64,000 bases of DNA from Octopus sinensis (GCF_006345805.1 NC_043006.1:12772001-12836000); one strand, 5' to 3'; counted from the first letter of the stretch, positions 38,961 to 52,562 are shown. The notes: a model not told the origin generated them from the letters alone. Numbers and translations: made by a program.

Positions 38961-39452
38961 ACATACGGCATCAACTGACTCTTACCTATCTCCCAGTGAG
39001 AATCATTACCATGGCCCCCAGCACACAGAAATGCAAAGGGAACAGGCCCAAATTATGGATTGTAGGAGCTCTGTCTGTCTTGGTTGACAATCTTACAAGA
39101 GATGGTGTTTCGATAAAATTACTGGTTGGTGGCTAACCTTAAAACAGAAATCTCATTGTTGAGTGAAAATATCTAATACAAATGCAGGAAATAACGGTCA
39201 TAATGAGACTGGAACCAAAGGCGAAAACCTTTTGCCCGGCAGGTGCACTATGGTTGAACAGCGCCGGCGCAGTCGTCATCCAGAGACTGCTTGTACACAA
39301 AGCCAGATGCAAAGAAGAAGGTGGGGTAAGGAGGCAAATCGAACGGTAATTGAATACTGGATCAAGAATGAAAATAGAGTGCCCAGTAGAATTGTTAAGA
39401 ATGGTATGCCACCTTGGCACGGCCAGATTAACCAGGAAAGTATTAGATAGCT
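38961..39452 (+). mobile_element. Probable 5' end of an R4/Dong-type element
   Basis: The peptide QRRRWGKEANRTVIEYWI resembles the R4-clade N-terminal motif; immediately preceded by (AAT)n. Confidence 0.5.
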
Positions 39453-39466
39453 GAAAAGAATGGATA

Positions 39467-40302
39467 TATTATTATTATTATTGTTCGACCGTGGTCGAGA
39501 CAATGGAATTTACTATGTTACGCCAGACTTCACGGTCCATCATAGCATTACGGAGGTCCTGTTGCTGGATGCCTGTATCCCTGGAGATTACATCAGGGTA
39601 GGAGAGTGTGCGCCCTCTGGTATTGCGAGTAGATGGCTTCCAGAGGAGAAGAGTAGAAATTACTTCTTTTTCAGCTCTGCAACAATGTCCAGCAAACTGG
39701 ACTCTCCTACCTTTCACAAGAGATGACACAGGTGGTATTTCCCATATATTTGCATTTTGGTTGGATGGCGCTTCCACGAGAGATTTTGAGCTCTCATAAG
39801 GAGGCCAGTGTAGGTTCCATCCAACCGCCTCTCAAGCTTCTTTGATAACGTCCAGGTTTCTGAGCCATATAGTAGGATTGGTTCGACTGTGGCTTTGAAT
39901 ATTTCAAGTTTGAAGTCTCTACTTAGATTTGATGACCAGATCTTATGCATGTCATTACAGGCTGACCAGGCCATACTCTTTCTAGTTAGAAAGTCTTTTC
40001 CAGATGATGATATGTATGACCCAAGATATTTATAATCAGAAACCATATTTAAAAGCGCACTGTTGAGTGTGTGGATGATGCAATCACTGTTGGACAGGCA
40101 CTTGTTTATGTATTCAGTTTTGGCCTCATTGAGGTAAAGACCTACACAATTTGAGGCTTGTTCAAGAGATTGCAAAATAGACTGGGCATTGGAGAGAGAA
40201 TCACTGATAAGAGCGATGTCGTCAGCAAAGTCAGTGTCTGTCAAGTACTCAGCTGGGTGTCTGGAACTTCTTCTTGGTTTTATTTCAAAGCCCTTGCCAA
40301 AG
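39467..40302 (-). mobile_element. 5'-truncated RTE-clade LINE (RT domain C-terminal half) with 14-bp TSD
   Basis: TDTDFADDIAL..YKYLGS..ILLYGSETWTL..QFAGHCCR..MDREVWR; (AAT)n tail; TSD GAAAAGAAYGGATA at 39453-39466 and 40303-40316. Confidence 0.93.
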
Positions 40303-40407
40303 GAAAAGAACGGATAGTATAGTACCGTAGGCAGCAGGTAACAAGCCCACTACGCATGCAAGACTCCGGGCGCTCCAACAAAACCTGTGCTAAACAGAAA
40401 TAGTAGG

Positions 40408-40533
40408 CATCCTTTTGGGGTCGATTAAATAAGTACCAGTTACGCACTGGGGTCGATATAATCGACTTAATCTGTTTGTATGTTCTTGTTTGTCCCCTCT
40501 GTGTTTAGCCCCTTGTGGGTAGTAAAGAAATAG
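40408..40533 (+). mobile_element. SINE family A 3' part
   Basis: Body and tail match the other copies. Confidence 0.8.
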
Positions 40534-40543
40534 AAATAGTAGT

Positions 40544-40733
40544 CAATACGAAGAGTGAGATGAGATTCTAATAGAATTTTTATTGGTTTGAACAATATTT
40601 GGACAATATTTCAAACTGAAAAGTGATAAATAGAAATTCAAAATTATCACTGAACTCAATAAAGTCTTGCATGCCGTCGAAATATTCAATCCAATAAAAC
40701 ATCACTTGCAATCGCATCACACTCTTCGTATTG
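40544..40733. mobile_element. MITE with 24-bp TIRs
   Basis: CAATACGAAGAGTGAGATGAGATT versus the reverse complement of AATCGCATCACACTCTTCGTATTG (2 mismatches); an inner inverted segment TTTTATTGG.TTGAA. Confidence 0.7.
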
Positions 40734-40769
40734 TCAATTTATCTTTGTGGGGGGTTACGTCAATCCTTA

Positions 40770-40871
40770 TAAAGTAATATAATAATAATAATAATAAAAT
40801 AATAATAATAATAATAATAGTAATAATATAATAATAATAATATAATAATAATAATAGTAATAATAATAGTA

Positions 40872-40915
<44 letters not shown>

Positions 40916-40966
40916 GTAATAATAATAGTAATAATAATAATAATAATATTAGTAATAATAATAGTA

Positions 40967-41046
<80 letters not shown>
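40770..41046. repeat. (AAT)n microsatellite with AGT interruptions
   Basis: Read directly from the sequence. Confidence 0.95.
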
Positions 41047-41047
<1 letters not shown>

Positions 41048-41939
41048 TTTCTTTTATTATAATAAGAATAACAGTAGTATGCCCTGATGCAGTGATATCA
41101 TGGAAGTGATATCATGTACATTGATTTGTCGGTTAATATAAAATTCTTCACCCGGGAACAAAAGAAAAAACAATAAACAAGGATGTAGGAAACGAATATG
41201 AAAAAAGAAAAAATGCGCGCTGTCGACCCTGGGTGTGTGGGGAGGGGTCTTTCGGAAAAGTTATAACTTCCGGTAAAATGGATATTGATTTTTTTTTTAC
41301 GGAATCCCACGTTTTTGGTTATGGAGGATGCGATTCTAAAAAAAATATTTTGAAAAGTCGCATTTTCAAAATTTCAATTACCTCCACACCACATCCCCTC
41401 CTTCATTTTTTCACTTTTTCCGGAATTTTTTTTTCATGCGAAATACGTAGAAAAATACGAAGATTACGATGCAGAGTAATTTCCCGCAGTAATATGACAA
41501 AGTAATTCATGCGAAACTAAAGTGGGGTGTTTTTTGTGTTTGTTTTTTTACCTTTTTTTAAAACCGGTTTTCGATTTTTTTTTTGTTTTTGGCATCTATC
41601 TACGTGAGAAAATAAGGAGATTAAGAATATGGAAAAAAATAAACACAAATTCAAATTTTAATTACAAATATTTTATCAAAATTTCGACCCAAAATTTCCC
41701 ACCTACCCCCGCCATCCCGCTGTCTAAAAGTGAAAATGAACGGTTGTTCTGTCTGTTTCTCTATGCGTTATAGTAAAAGGATCACGGCAGCGCCCGGTCA
41801 CTAAAACGAGAGAAAAAAAACAGTCTAATAGGTGAAAAAATATGTGTGGAAAGCAAGTATGAAAACTAAGAGTGCCATAGTTCTGTATTTAAGAGATGAG
41901 GAATTTATGTACATTATTTACATTAATTGCATTAGTTAC

Positions 41940-42152
41940 ATTTGACGGATATTTGCCCTCATCTTGTTTGTTGGTAACACAACGTTTCGGCTGATATACC
42001 CTCCAGCCTTCATCAGGTGTCTTGGGGAAATACCATAGGATTGAGAACCCAGGTTCGATATTTCCCCCAAGACATCTGATGAAGGCTGGAAGGTATATCA
42101 GCCGAAACGTTGTGTTAACAACAAACAAGATGAGGACAAATATCCGTCAAAT
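41940..42152. mobile_element. Palindromic element (~93-bp arms) with a hammerhead motif on each strand
   Basis: Plus strand 42071-42116: GACAT CTGATGA A GGCTG..CAGCC GAAAC GTT GTGTT; mirror copy on the minus strand at 41976-42021. Confidence 0.85.
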
Positions 42153-42300
42153 ATAAATAGTGTAATTAAAAGTGCTAGATTTCGGATAGAGTATGTTATC
42201 GCAGTTTGTGAGATTTGGCTGTTGTTTCTAGCATATGAATTGCCTGCTTGATGACCTGAGCGTATATATGATTAAATATATATATATGTGTGTGTGTGTC

Positions 42301-42337
<37 letters not shown>

Positions 42338-42864
42338 GTTCAGCAAAATTTAGATTCATGGTACTTATGTCAGATGCACCAAAATTTTGTACGGTGTTAT
42401 CCATATATATCCATGGGGTGATTATAATCAAAATAAGCAACAAGAATATCTTCGGTAATTTGGTACAATATAATCCCCCTTCCACTTTAATTTCTACTGA
42501 GATTTATTTCACCCCTACCTAGTTCTATAAATAGAAAATTTCTTTTGTCTCCATTCAACAGAAGATCCCTCCCCACTTTCTAGCATATCAAAATAACTTA
42601 AAGAAAATTCGTCAGTCAGAAGATAAATTCTAATACCTTAATGTTCTTAACATTCAAATCAACATATCTGTCTGTATATCTACCCTCTTTCTAATGTTAT
42701 CAATTAACATGAAAATAAGTATATTTACTGATGGAAAACCTCTATAAATGGCTGATGATTGCTCACCATTTTAAAACTGTTGTAATACTTGCAATGTTTA
42801 ATAAAATGATGTAGCGTGAAACGATCGTACCAAATTACCGAAGATATTCTTGGTGCTTATTTTG

Positions 42865-42879
<15 letters not shown>

Positions 42880-42900
<21 letters not shown>

Positions 42901-43798
42901 TGAAGTTGTGTGAGTGTCTGTCTCCTACGATTTAGATTCCTAACTACTCCCACATTTTGCGGTGCAGTTTAACCAAATTCGGGTATCTTATAGTCGTGAT
43001 TCATATCGAGCCCGTCTGAGTATTAACGCGCGTCTACGATGAGTCTACGATTTTAAAAATAATTTAACATCATTTTTTATTCCATTTTAATGCATAATTT
43101 TTTGTGTGTCGATGGCGGCGGAGTTGGAGTCCATGGTCACACCTGCACCTGTTTGCTTCTCCCCCTTCTTTCCTCCCTCGTGAAGCTGTGGGGAAGGGAG
43201 TGTAAGGAAATCAACGCCATAAAGCGTTGTCAAGGAGGCCATCGTTCTTTTAGAACAACGACTTCATGGCTTGAAGACACCAAAACAGAAATGGCTAAGA
43301 AAGCCCGAAAGCAAATTCTAAAAAATCGGGAAACACGCCACACAGGGAAGGTTTCCCGCGCAAATAATTTGCACAACCGAATGTTTTAGTTGTTGCACAA
43401 ATCTTTATATATAAAAGTGAAGTTGTGTGTCTGTCTCCTACGATTTAGATTCCTAACTACTCCCACATTTTGCGGTGCAGTTTAACCAAAACAGGGTATC
43501 TTATAGTCGTGATTCATATCGAGCCCTTCTGGGTATTAGCGCGCGTCTACGATGAGTCTACGATTTAAAAAAAAAATTACCATCATTTTTTCCATTTTAA
43601 TGCATTTTTTCGCTATTATATAAGGGAAGTAACTCTCTAAAAATGTCTACTATGAGTCAACGATTAAAAAAAAATTACCATCATTTTTAATTCCATTTTT
43701 GATGCATTTTTTTGCTATTTTTCTGCTATAACTCTCTAAAAATGCTTATATAGTTATTTCCCTTACAAACCCGAGCAACGCCGGGCGATACTGCTAGT
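42880..43798 (+). mobile_element. Non-autonomous Helitron with two 5' modules
   Basis: A|TCTTTATATATAAAAGTG start at 43402, duplicated at ~42890; 3' hairpin CCCG-AGCAACGC-CGGG (43770-43785) followed by CTAGT. Confidence 0.85.
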
Positions 43799-43829
43799 AT
43801 ATATATATATATGTATGTATGTATGTATA

Positions 43830-44260
43830 TATGAATTGTTTGTGTAATGAGATAAAAAGACCAAGGCTGTATAGATATTAGAGCATTTATAGATATAAGG
43901 TCTTACAACTGTTTCTAGAATATTAATTAATAATTACATCCCTTCATCGGAGATGGTGTGAGAGAAAAAGTTAAGTCATAGTTAGTTTCGATGTGATATA
44001 AATAGAGAGTGAGGTGGAGGAAAGAAAATAGTTGTAAGATATGTATGGTTCATAAATCCGTGTTATAGGCATAATGGTATCTATGTGTAATATTCCAATA
44101 TCCTTTGAGTAAAATTCAAAAGTCCAACGGAGTTTAATATGAGTTCATCCAAATGTAAAGTTTCTAATCAATGTAATATTCTCTTAAAGTTGGCCCTTCC
44201 CAGTAGGGAATTTATATAGAATGTAGCAGATTCGAGGTTTGTATTTAAGCTGACCTAGAA
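43830..44260 (-). mobile_element. Penelope pLTR-like fragment with a CCGATGA hammerhead-like motif at 43900-43954
   Basis: ATCT CCGATGA A GGGATGT..ATATTCT A GAAAC AGTT GTA AGAC. Confidence 0.55.
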
Positions 44261-44467
44261 ATAGGGAGTGTATTAGTTTGGTCAAATTGAAAACAGGAAG
44301 AGAGGAATGACCAAAAAAAGGGAGAGATAAAAGGAGGAGAGAAAGAAAGAATTAAAGAGAAAGAGGGAAGAAGATTAGTAAAAACAAAAATAAATGATAA
44401 AACCCCTGAAGGTTTGAATAAAGAGAATAAGGAAAAGAAAAATAAATTAATATATTTATATATAGAT

Positions 44468-44630
44468 ATATATACTTTTATTTGTTTCAGTCATTTGACT
44501 GTGGCCATGCTGGAGCACCGCCTTTAGTCGAGCAAATCGACCCCAGGACTTATTCTTTATAAGTCTAGTACTTATTCTATCGAACTCTTTTGCCGAACCG
44601 CTAAGTTACGGGGACGTAAAAACACCAGTT
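44468..44630 (-). mobile_element. SINE family C tail fragment
   Basis: Matches the composite SINE tail. Confidence 0.8.
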
Positions 44631-45944
44631 AGTAGATAGATTAAAAATGGCCTTCATTTCCCATTGCAGACAACAAACACACAGTATTACAAACAAGGCT
44701 CGCACACCCGCCATTTTTCTATCATTATTTATATTATTCTATATACCGAAAACGAGCGTGCCACGTCGCTCGATCGGATGTTTTTATTACGCTCGACATT
44801 TATCTTCTCTTTCTCTCATTTTATTCCTCTTCCTTTTTCCTTATTCGATTATTTTTTTTCTCTTTCAATCGTTCCTTCTTTCATCTACATTTTCTTTGTT
44901 TTTTAATCTATCACGACTCACAAAAAATACACATACGCGCATACGAGCGCACACACGTACACACCTCTCATATACATATTGCCATTTTCCCTCGACCTCT
45001 TCAACTCCGAAAACCTACCACTATAAGATCTGATGCTTTTCTAAATCTGTATGACTTTACCGGTGATCATATATGTGCCTGCATATACGTATGTCTTTGA
45101 AGATGTGTGTACGTGTCTTCACGCGTATGTGTGTTTCCATTTATCTGCGTACAACTGCTCAATTCCTCGGTTTCACCGTCTACGATCGCCCTTGCAAAAA
45201 ATTCGTCGACAATCTTCAAGATATGTATGAGTGTATGCGCGCCTATGAGTGTGTAACTGTCAGTTTTTTATTGTTCTGTTTCGGTTTCGCTGTCTGTTAT
45301 CGCATCGTTCTTCCTTCGCCCCTTAGTCCTTCGTCCTCCCCAATCATTACCAACAAGGTCACTTCTACTTCCTTCGCTCTGGAAGCCACCCAAACCCGCA
45401 AATCTCCATACTACTGATTTCGTCCGCAAATCGGTGTAAATTTGGCCCGTCTGACAAATAATTAGCCCCGCGAGAGTGGAGTGGCTGCAACACAGAGTAT
45501 CACTAGCCATCCTCCACAGCAACGCCATATCGGTCGTTAAGGAGAGGCGCGGTTGAGCACAATACTTGTTCTAGTGTGTATGACCAATAGCCCCCTCCAA
45601 ATCAGTCTTCCACTGCATGGCCCCCTTCTTTTTCCTTCTTTTCCATTTTCTTCATTCTTTTGTACTCTATCTCTGTATTTAAATGTTACAAATTTAAAAT
45701 GTGATCAAATGTATAATAGAGAGTAGAATTAAAGGAATTTTATGATTTAAAACAAGCTTTCTTAATTGCGTGACCCTATACCACCACATTCATACATATA
45801 ATTCAATGCTCTTATCTGTGAACACTTATTCGCAACCACTATTTTTAATACTCTGTACACCAGGACCTTTACCATCCATACATTCAGTCATTTTTATTTC
45901 CATGTATTCTTAAAATTTTTTGTCAACTATATACCTATCCATCC

Positions 45945-46038
<94 letters not shown>

Positions 46039-46352
46039 ATATCTATCTATATATCTATCTATCTACTTATCTATCTAGAGCACTATTGAAGAAAAGCTGG
46101 CCTTTGAAACAGCCTCAATCACTGACGACGTCCTCGGACGAACAGGATATATTTTGTTGGACTAAAAATTTCAGATCCAATGTACGTGTGCGTACTAGAG
46201 AATTCATGTGTGTGGTGTGTTTTATAGATAGATATATTTGATAGATATAGATGATAGATAGATAGATAGTAGATAGATAGATATAGATTATAGATAGATA
46301 GATAGATAGATAGATAGACCGATAGATAGACAGATAGAGAATCGCATATATA

Positions 46353-46402
<50 letters not shown>

Positions 46403-46679
46403 ATATACATATATAATATAGCACATATGTATATAAGTATGTATATGTATATGTATGCATACACGCTTACACCTATTTCTTCAACACACACATTTATCTT
46501 AATGTTTGTTTTTATGCTGAGTTGTAGAAACCATATAATAATCCTTTGTAGAGTGCACATTTTATATTTGCAAGAAGAGTGTTGATAGTGTCTTCGAATT
46601 TTCGACTTGCTAGCCTTCACCGGTCAGACGGACGAAAGCTAGCAGGCCGAAATTTGGAAGTAACTATTGCTGTTACATC

Positions 46680-48150
46680 CATCCATCCATCCATCCATAC
46701 ATACATACATACATACATGCATACACACATACATACATACATACATACATACATACATACATGCATGCATACATACATACATACATACATACATACATAC
46801 ACACATACATACATACATGCATACATGCATACACACATACATACATACATGCATACATACATACATACATACATACATACATGCATGCATACATACATAC
46901 ATACATGTATACACACATACATACATACATACATACATACATGCATACACACATACATACATACATACATGCATACACATACCACATACATACATACATA
47001 CATACATACATGCATACATACATACATACATGCATACATACATACATACATGCTGCATACACTACATACATACATACACATACATACATACATACATGCC
47101 ATACATGCATACACACATACAACATACATGCATACACACATACATACGTACATACATACATACTAGATACATACATACATACTACATACATGCATACACA
47201 CATACATACATACATACATACATGCATTCGTACATACATACTACATAGATACATACATACATGCATACATACATACATACATGCATACCCACACATACAT
47301 ACATACATACATACATACATAATACTACATCGTACATACATACATACATAGATACATCATACATACATACATACATCATACATACACATACATGCATACA
47401 CACATACATACACACATACATACATACATACATACATACATGCATACCACACATACATACATACATACATGCATACACATACATACAATCATACCACACA
47501 CACACTACATACATACATACATACATGCATACACACATACATACATACATACATACATGCATACACACATACTACATACATACATACATACATGCATGCA
47601 TACATACATACATACATACATTCATACATACATACATACATAGATACATACATACATACATACATACATACATGCATACCACATACATACATACATTCAT
47701 ACATGCATACACACATACATACATACATACATACTACATACATACATACACACATACATACACATACATACATACATACTGTGCATACATGCAACACACA
47801 TACATACATACATGCATACATACATACATACATACATACATGCATAATGCATACATACATCACACATACACATACATACATCATACACGCATACACACAT
47901 ACATACATACATACTACATACAGCATACACACATACATACATACATACTACATACATGCATACACACATACATACATACATACATACATACATACATACA
48001 TACATACATGCATACATACATACATACATACATTCGTACATACATACATACATAGATACATACATACATACATACATACATGCATACACACATACATACA
48101 TACATACATACATACATACATACATACATACATGCATGCATACACACACA
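46680..48150. repeat. ~1.5-kb degenerate (TACA)n/(CATG) array
   Basis: Read directly; source of the HTYI/MYVC pseudo-ORFs. Confidence 0.95.
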
Positions 48151-48545
48151 TACATACGTATATATATATGTGTGTGTGTGTGTATCTCGATTTATAAATG
48201 AAAAGTACTCAATACTTCAGGAGGAAAAGACAGCAGTATTCCTCATACTGCAACATCATGAGCTAATGAAGCCCTATTATTAATATATACAACGAGAATG
48301 GCAATACGCGTATGTATTTACCACTTTCAGTAATCAAAACTGAAAGAAAACTGATTCATGGCATTTGGAAAGTACCGTGAAATCGGAGGTAAATTAGCTG
48401 TCAATTAAAGCTGTCCGCTCTTGTATTTTCTTTCCAATGTTATAAATCATGCCACATTTACATTTCTGTATAGGTTTTTTTTTGGTTTATACTCGTTTCT
48501 TTTTTGAAAATTTTTTGTTGCCGCTCGTAAATTCATCCATTGTAT

Positions 48546-48622
48546 ATATGTACGTACATACGTCCATAAATATGTACGTACATACGTCCATAAATATGTA
48601 CGTACATACGTCCATAAATATG
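48546..48622. repeat. 24-bp minisatellite, about 3 copies
   Basis: Unit ATATGTACGTACATACGTCCATAA. Confidence 0.85.
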
Positions 48623-48915
48623 TGCACAAATACATACCTACAAGCATTTATATATACATATATATGTACATGCATACAGATATACGTACATACGTTCGTA
48701 CGTACGTACGTACGTACGTACTTACACACATACATAGATACATACATACATACATACATACATACATACATAATACGTACATACATAGATACGTACGTTC
48801 GTACATACATACATATAAATATGTGTGTGTCTATAGGTATGTGTGTGCGTGTGTGAACATGTGAGTATGTGCGTATGTATACATAATATCCGCATTTCAT
48901 GTCTGTGCAAGAATG

Positions 48916-48949
<34 letters not shown>

Positions 48950-48975
48950 ATTTATTTATTTATATACATATGAAT

Positions 48976-49039
<64 letters not shown>

Positions 49040-49100
49040 ATATATATATATATACATATGTATATATGTATATTCATATGTATATAATATATATATACAT

Positions 49101-49179
<79 letters not shown>

Positions 49180-50095
49180 TATACATAATTATGTGCGTGT
49201 GTATATATATGAACCTACATATACATATACATATAGATACATTCTTATTTGTATATACACACATACATGTATATTTATACATACATACATACATATATAT
49301 ATATATGTGTGTGTGTGTGTGCGCGTATTTATATATGTGTGTGAGTGTGTGTGTCTGTGTGTATGTGTGAATATATGTATGTATATATGTATAGGTCTAT
49401 TCATACAAACACACACATCCCTATATCTGTTGAATAGGTACGTAAATATACACATACATCAATACATGCGCATGCATACAGACACACGTGTACACGAACA
49501 CACATATACGTACATAGGCATATACGTAGGCACAAAACACGCGTTTATTTGAAATGTCTAGCGTCGAAATGATCATGTGGAAAATGTGGGCACCATATAT
49601 AATATAGAAGCAGTCATTATCAACAATAATTTCTTCTTTGATGAATCCCGCCATGACGTTACACAAGAACGTAGTCATTAACAACCTAATCCTCCGAGAG
49701 AAACAACACGAACATTTACAACGGCAATCCTGAATCTGATGGCCTGAATTTCTATAAAATATGGTACATAAACATGATGTTGCACATTTCTGGGACAATT
49801 ATATTAGGCAGGTAGGGAATGAGAGAGTGAGAGAGAGAGAGAGCCAAAGTGACTAAGGAAGAGTTGGCGAAATTGAAGCTTAGATGTGCAAGTTTTTAGA
49901 ATAGAGACGCACACGCTACGTCATTGTAATCTTGTACTGAATGTGTTTGGAGAATCATAATGCTCACTATGCGTTGAACATTTGTTATACATACCTACAT
50001 ACATACTTACACATGTACATACATACATGCATACATACATACATACATACTACATACATGCATGCATACATACGTATATACATACAAGCATACAA

Positions 50096-50142
<47 letters not shown>

Positions 50143-50321
50143 ATATTATATATATTATATATATATATACATATATATAATTATATATATACATTATATA
50201 TATGTATATATATATATATATATATACATTATACGGTGCTACACTCATGCGCATATGTCTATGTAGAAGCGTATAAGTTACCATATACGTATGCATATGT
50301 AGCCATATATATATATGTATG

Positions 50322-50370
<49 letters not shown>

Positions 50371-51469
50371 CACATACATATATACATACACCTGTACATG
50401 TATACGTACATACATGCACACATACACACATACACACATACATACATAAACACGTACATACATATATAGGTGCATGCCGCTCATGCGTTTGTGTATATGT
50501 ATTTCTTTAGTGAGTGTATACACGGCTTCGACCCGTGGGGCTATATAACAGAGTTCCAAATTGAAGTATGATTCAGACCTAAATAACTCATATGAGTCTA
50601 AGACGGGGCTTCGTTAGGATTTCAAAACCCCCTTTGATCTCAAGATTCTTCGCAAACCAAAGAAGTTCATCTTTGAAACGTATATACACTCACAAATATG
50701 TCTGTGTTTGTTTTTGTGTGTGTGTGTGCATGCGCAAGCGTACGTTTATATCGAACAGTGCTGAAACCCGCGTTGGTGGATAAATATTCATTGTGGTTAT
50801 CCAGGCTAATATTGGTTTCATGTTAAGAGATATCTCCTTTAACATTAAGCCAATGGTTGCCTGGTTAACCCTATGTGTGTCTATGTGTTTGTGTATTTTA
50901 CCTGCCATTAGGTCTTCTCAATACCACTGCTCGGTAAAACTAGTGTACTGTAAAACTAGCATACTGTAAAAATGCGTGAATAGTACAGCATCAGCTGCTT
51001 GGTTTCACATCCTTTCTCTAATTCATATTTTGTCCCCTTCATCGTTTTCTATCTGTCTTTCTCTCTCCCCTTCTTTCTTCTTTACTCTCCCTCTCTCTCT
51101 CGTTGCTCACGCGTAACCATCGTCCTTCTTTCCTTTTCTCACGTGATAATCTTTCTCTTCTCTCAGGGGTGTCCTAAAAACTGAGCGTATCCTGTCTCTC
51201 TCTTCTGTATTTTCTCTTCTCAAAGAAAATATTTCTCCAGCGTTCGCTATTTTATCCTCATTCTGGTTTAAAGACCCTCATTGCTTGTTTTCGTTTGTCT
51301 TGTATGTCTCCGCTGTCCAGTTTTTGTTCCCAACTTTGACTCTGCGTAAATCCCAAATTTTATTTTGGTACTTATGGGAGCAACTGTCTTCGAAGACTCG
51401 TATAATCATCCAATGCTCGAAATGAGGAGTAGATAGACAGCTGATAACTGATGAAGAGCTATGTTCTTT

Positions 51470-51513
<44 letters not shown>

Positions 51514-51521
51514 CATTGTTA

Positions 51522-51567
<46 letters not shown>

Positions 51568-51568
<1 letters not shown>

Positions 51569-51953
51569 GAGGGAGAGAGCAGTTCATGCCATCAAAGTGA
51601 CACTGGGGTAAAATATACGAAGCCCAATATACCCATCATGACTACCCGTCTGATAAGGGTACACCAGGCACATGCATCACAACCATATGTCCGCGAGATG
51701 GTGATCTCATATCAAGATAAACAGCACATGACCTTGCAGGTGGGGCCCAGTTAGAATTTTCTTCAGGTTGAGTAGCCCATCCCGTTCAAAAGGTCCCTGA
51801 ATAAGGATTGTTTAAGGATGTTGAAAGAACCACCCATGTTTCCAGAGATGAATTATTCAAACCCCAAAGAATCCCTCTCAACACATGGCTATGATGCTCC
51901 CCCACTACTTCTGCTCGTGATCAGAGATGCACATATCGTCAGTCACTAAGGGC
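51568..51953 (-). mobile_element. Family E retroelement 3' end flanked by (ATT)n on both sides
   Basis: Reverse complement of 38500-38884. Confidence 0.85.
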
Positions 51954-51993
<40 letters not shown>

Positions 51994-52530
51994 CATTATT
52001 ATTATTATTACTGTTATTATTATTTGATTGAACGCCAAGCGTCCATTTCCAAGTAAACTTATCAACACTTTCATACGTTATATAAACCCGCAAAGAGTTT
52101 GCAATTAGCCTCTCAATAACTGTTTCATATGCCTTTTAAAAATGAGGATCTCCGAACTTTCCATTCCTTGTTTACATAGCAGTTCTCTGCCAAATTTAAT
52201 TGTGTAAAATCTTAGAGAGAGGATTATATAATTCAAAGATGACAACAGAGTGAATGACCACTCAGAAGCCTTAGGTGACTGCAGGACTGTTTTGAAGTTC
52301 TCGTTATGTAAGTACGTGCATCTAAAGTGTTGACTGAAGCAACAGTTTGCATCAATATGGCAAGTTCAAAGAGAAAATCGCGCCCAAAAATTGAATAATA
52401 CAAGTAATATATTTCTTAGCTCCACTTTTAAAGGCATTTAACGATCCCCATATAATTCCCTTCCACAATTATAAATATTTAAACGTGCTTAAATATTTAT
52501 ACATGTGTTTGTATTGTGCGTGTGTGTTCG

Positions 52531-52562
<32 letters not shown>

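Noticed and set aside
41150-41840. Sequence resembling a non-autonomous DNA transposon interior
   Set aside because: No termini or TSD could be defined
46579-48283. Many long ORFs (up to 264 aa) of HTYI/MYVC repeats
   Set aside because: Translations of a stop-free (TACA)n array with no sign of real coding; the same applies to poly-IY ORFs throughout the window
49540-49800. Cys-rich ORF in a unique island
   Set aside because: No recognisable domain and weak splice signals
51444-51475. CTGATGAAGAGC hammerhead-like start
   Set aside because: GAAA strand is absent (TTTAC) and stem I is not recoverable; at most a fossil
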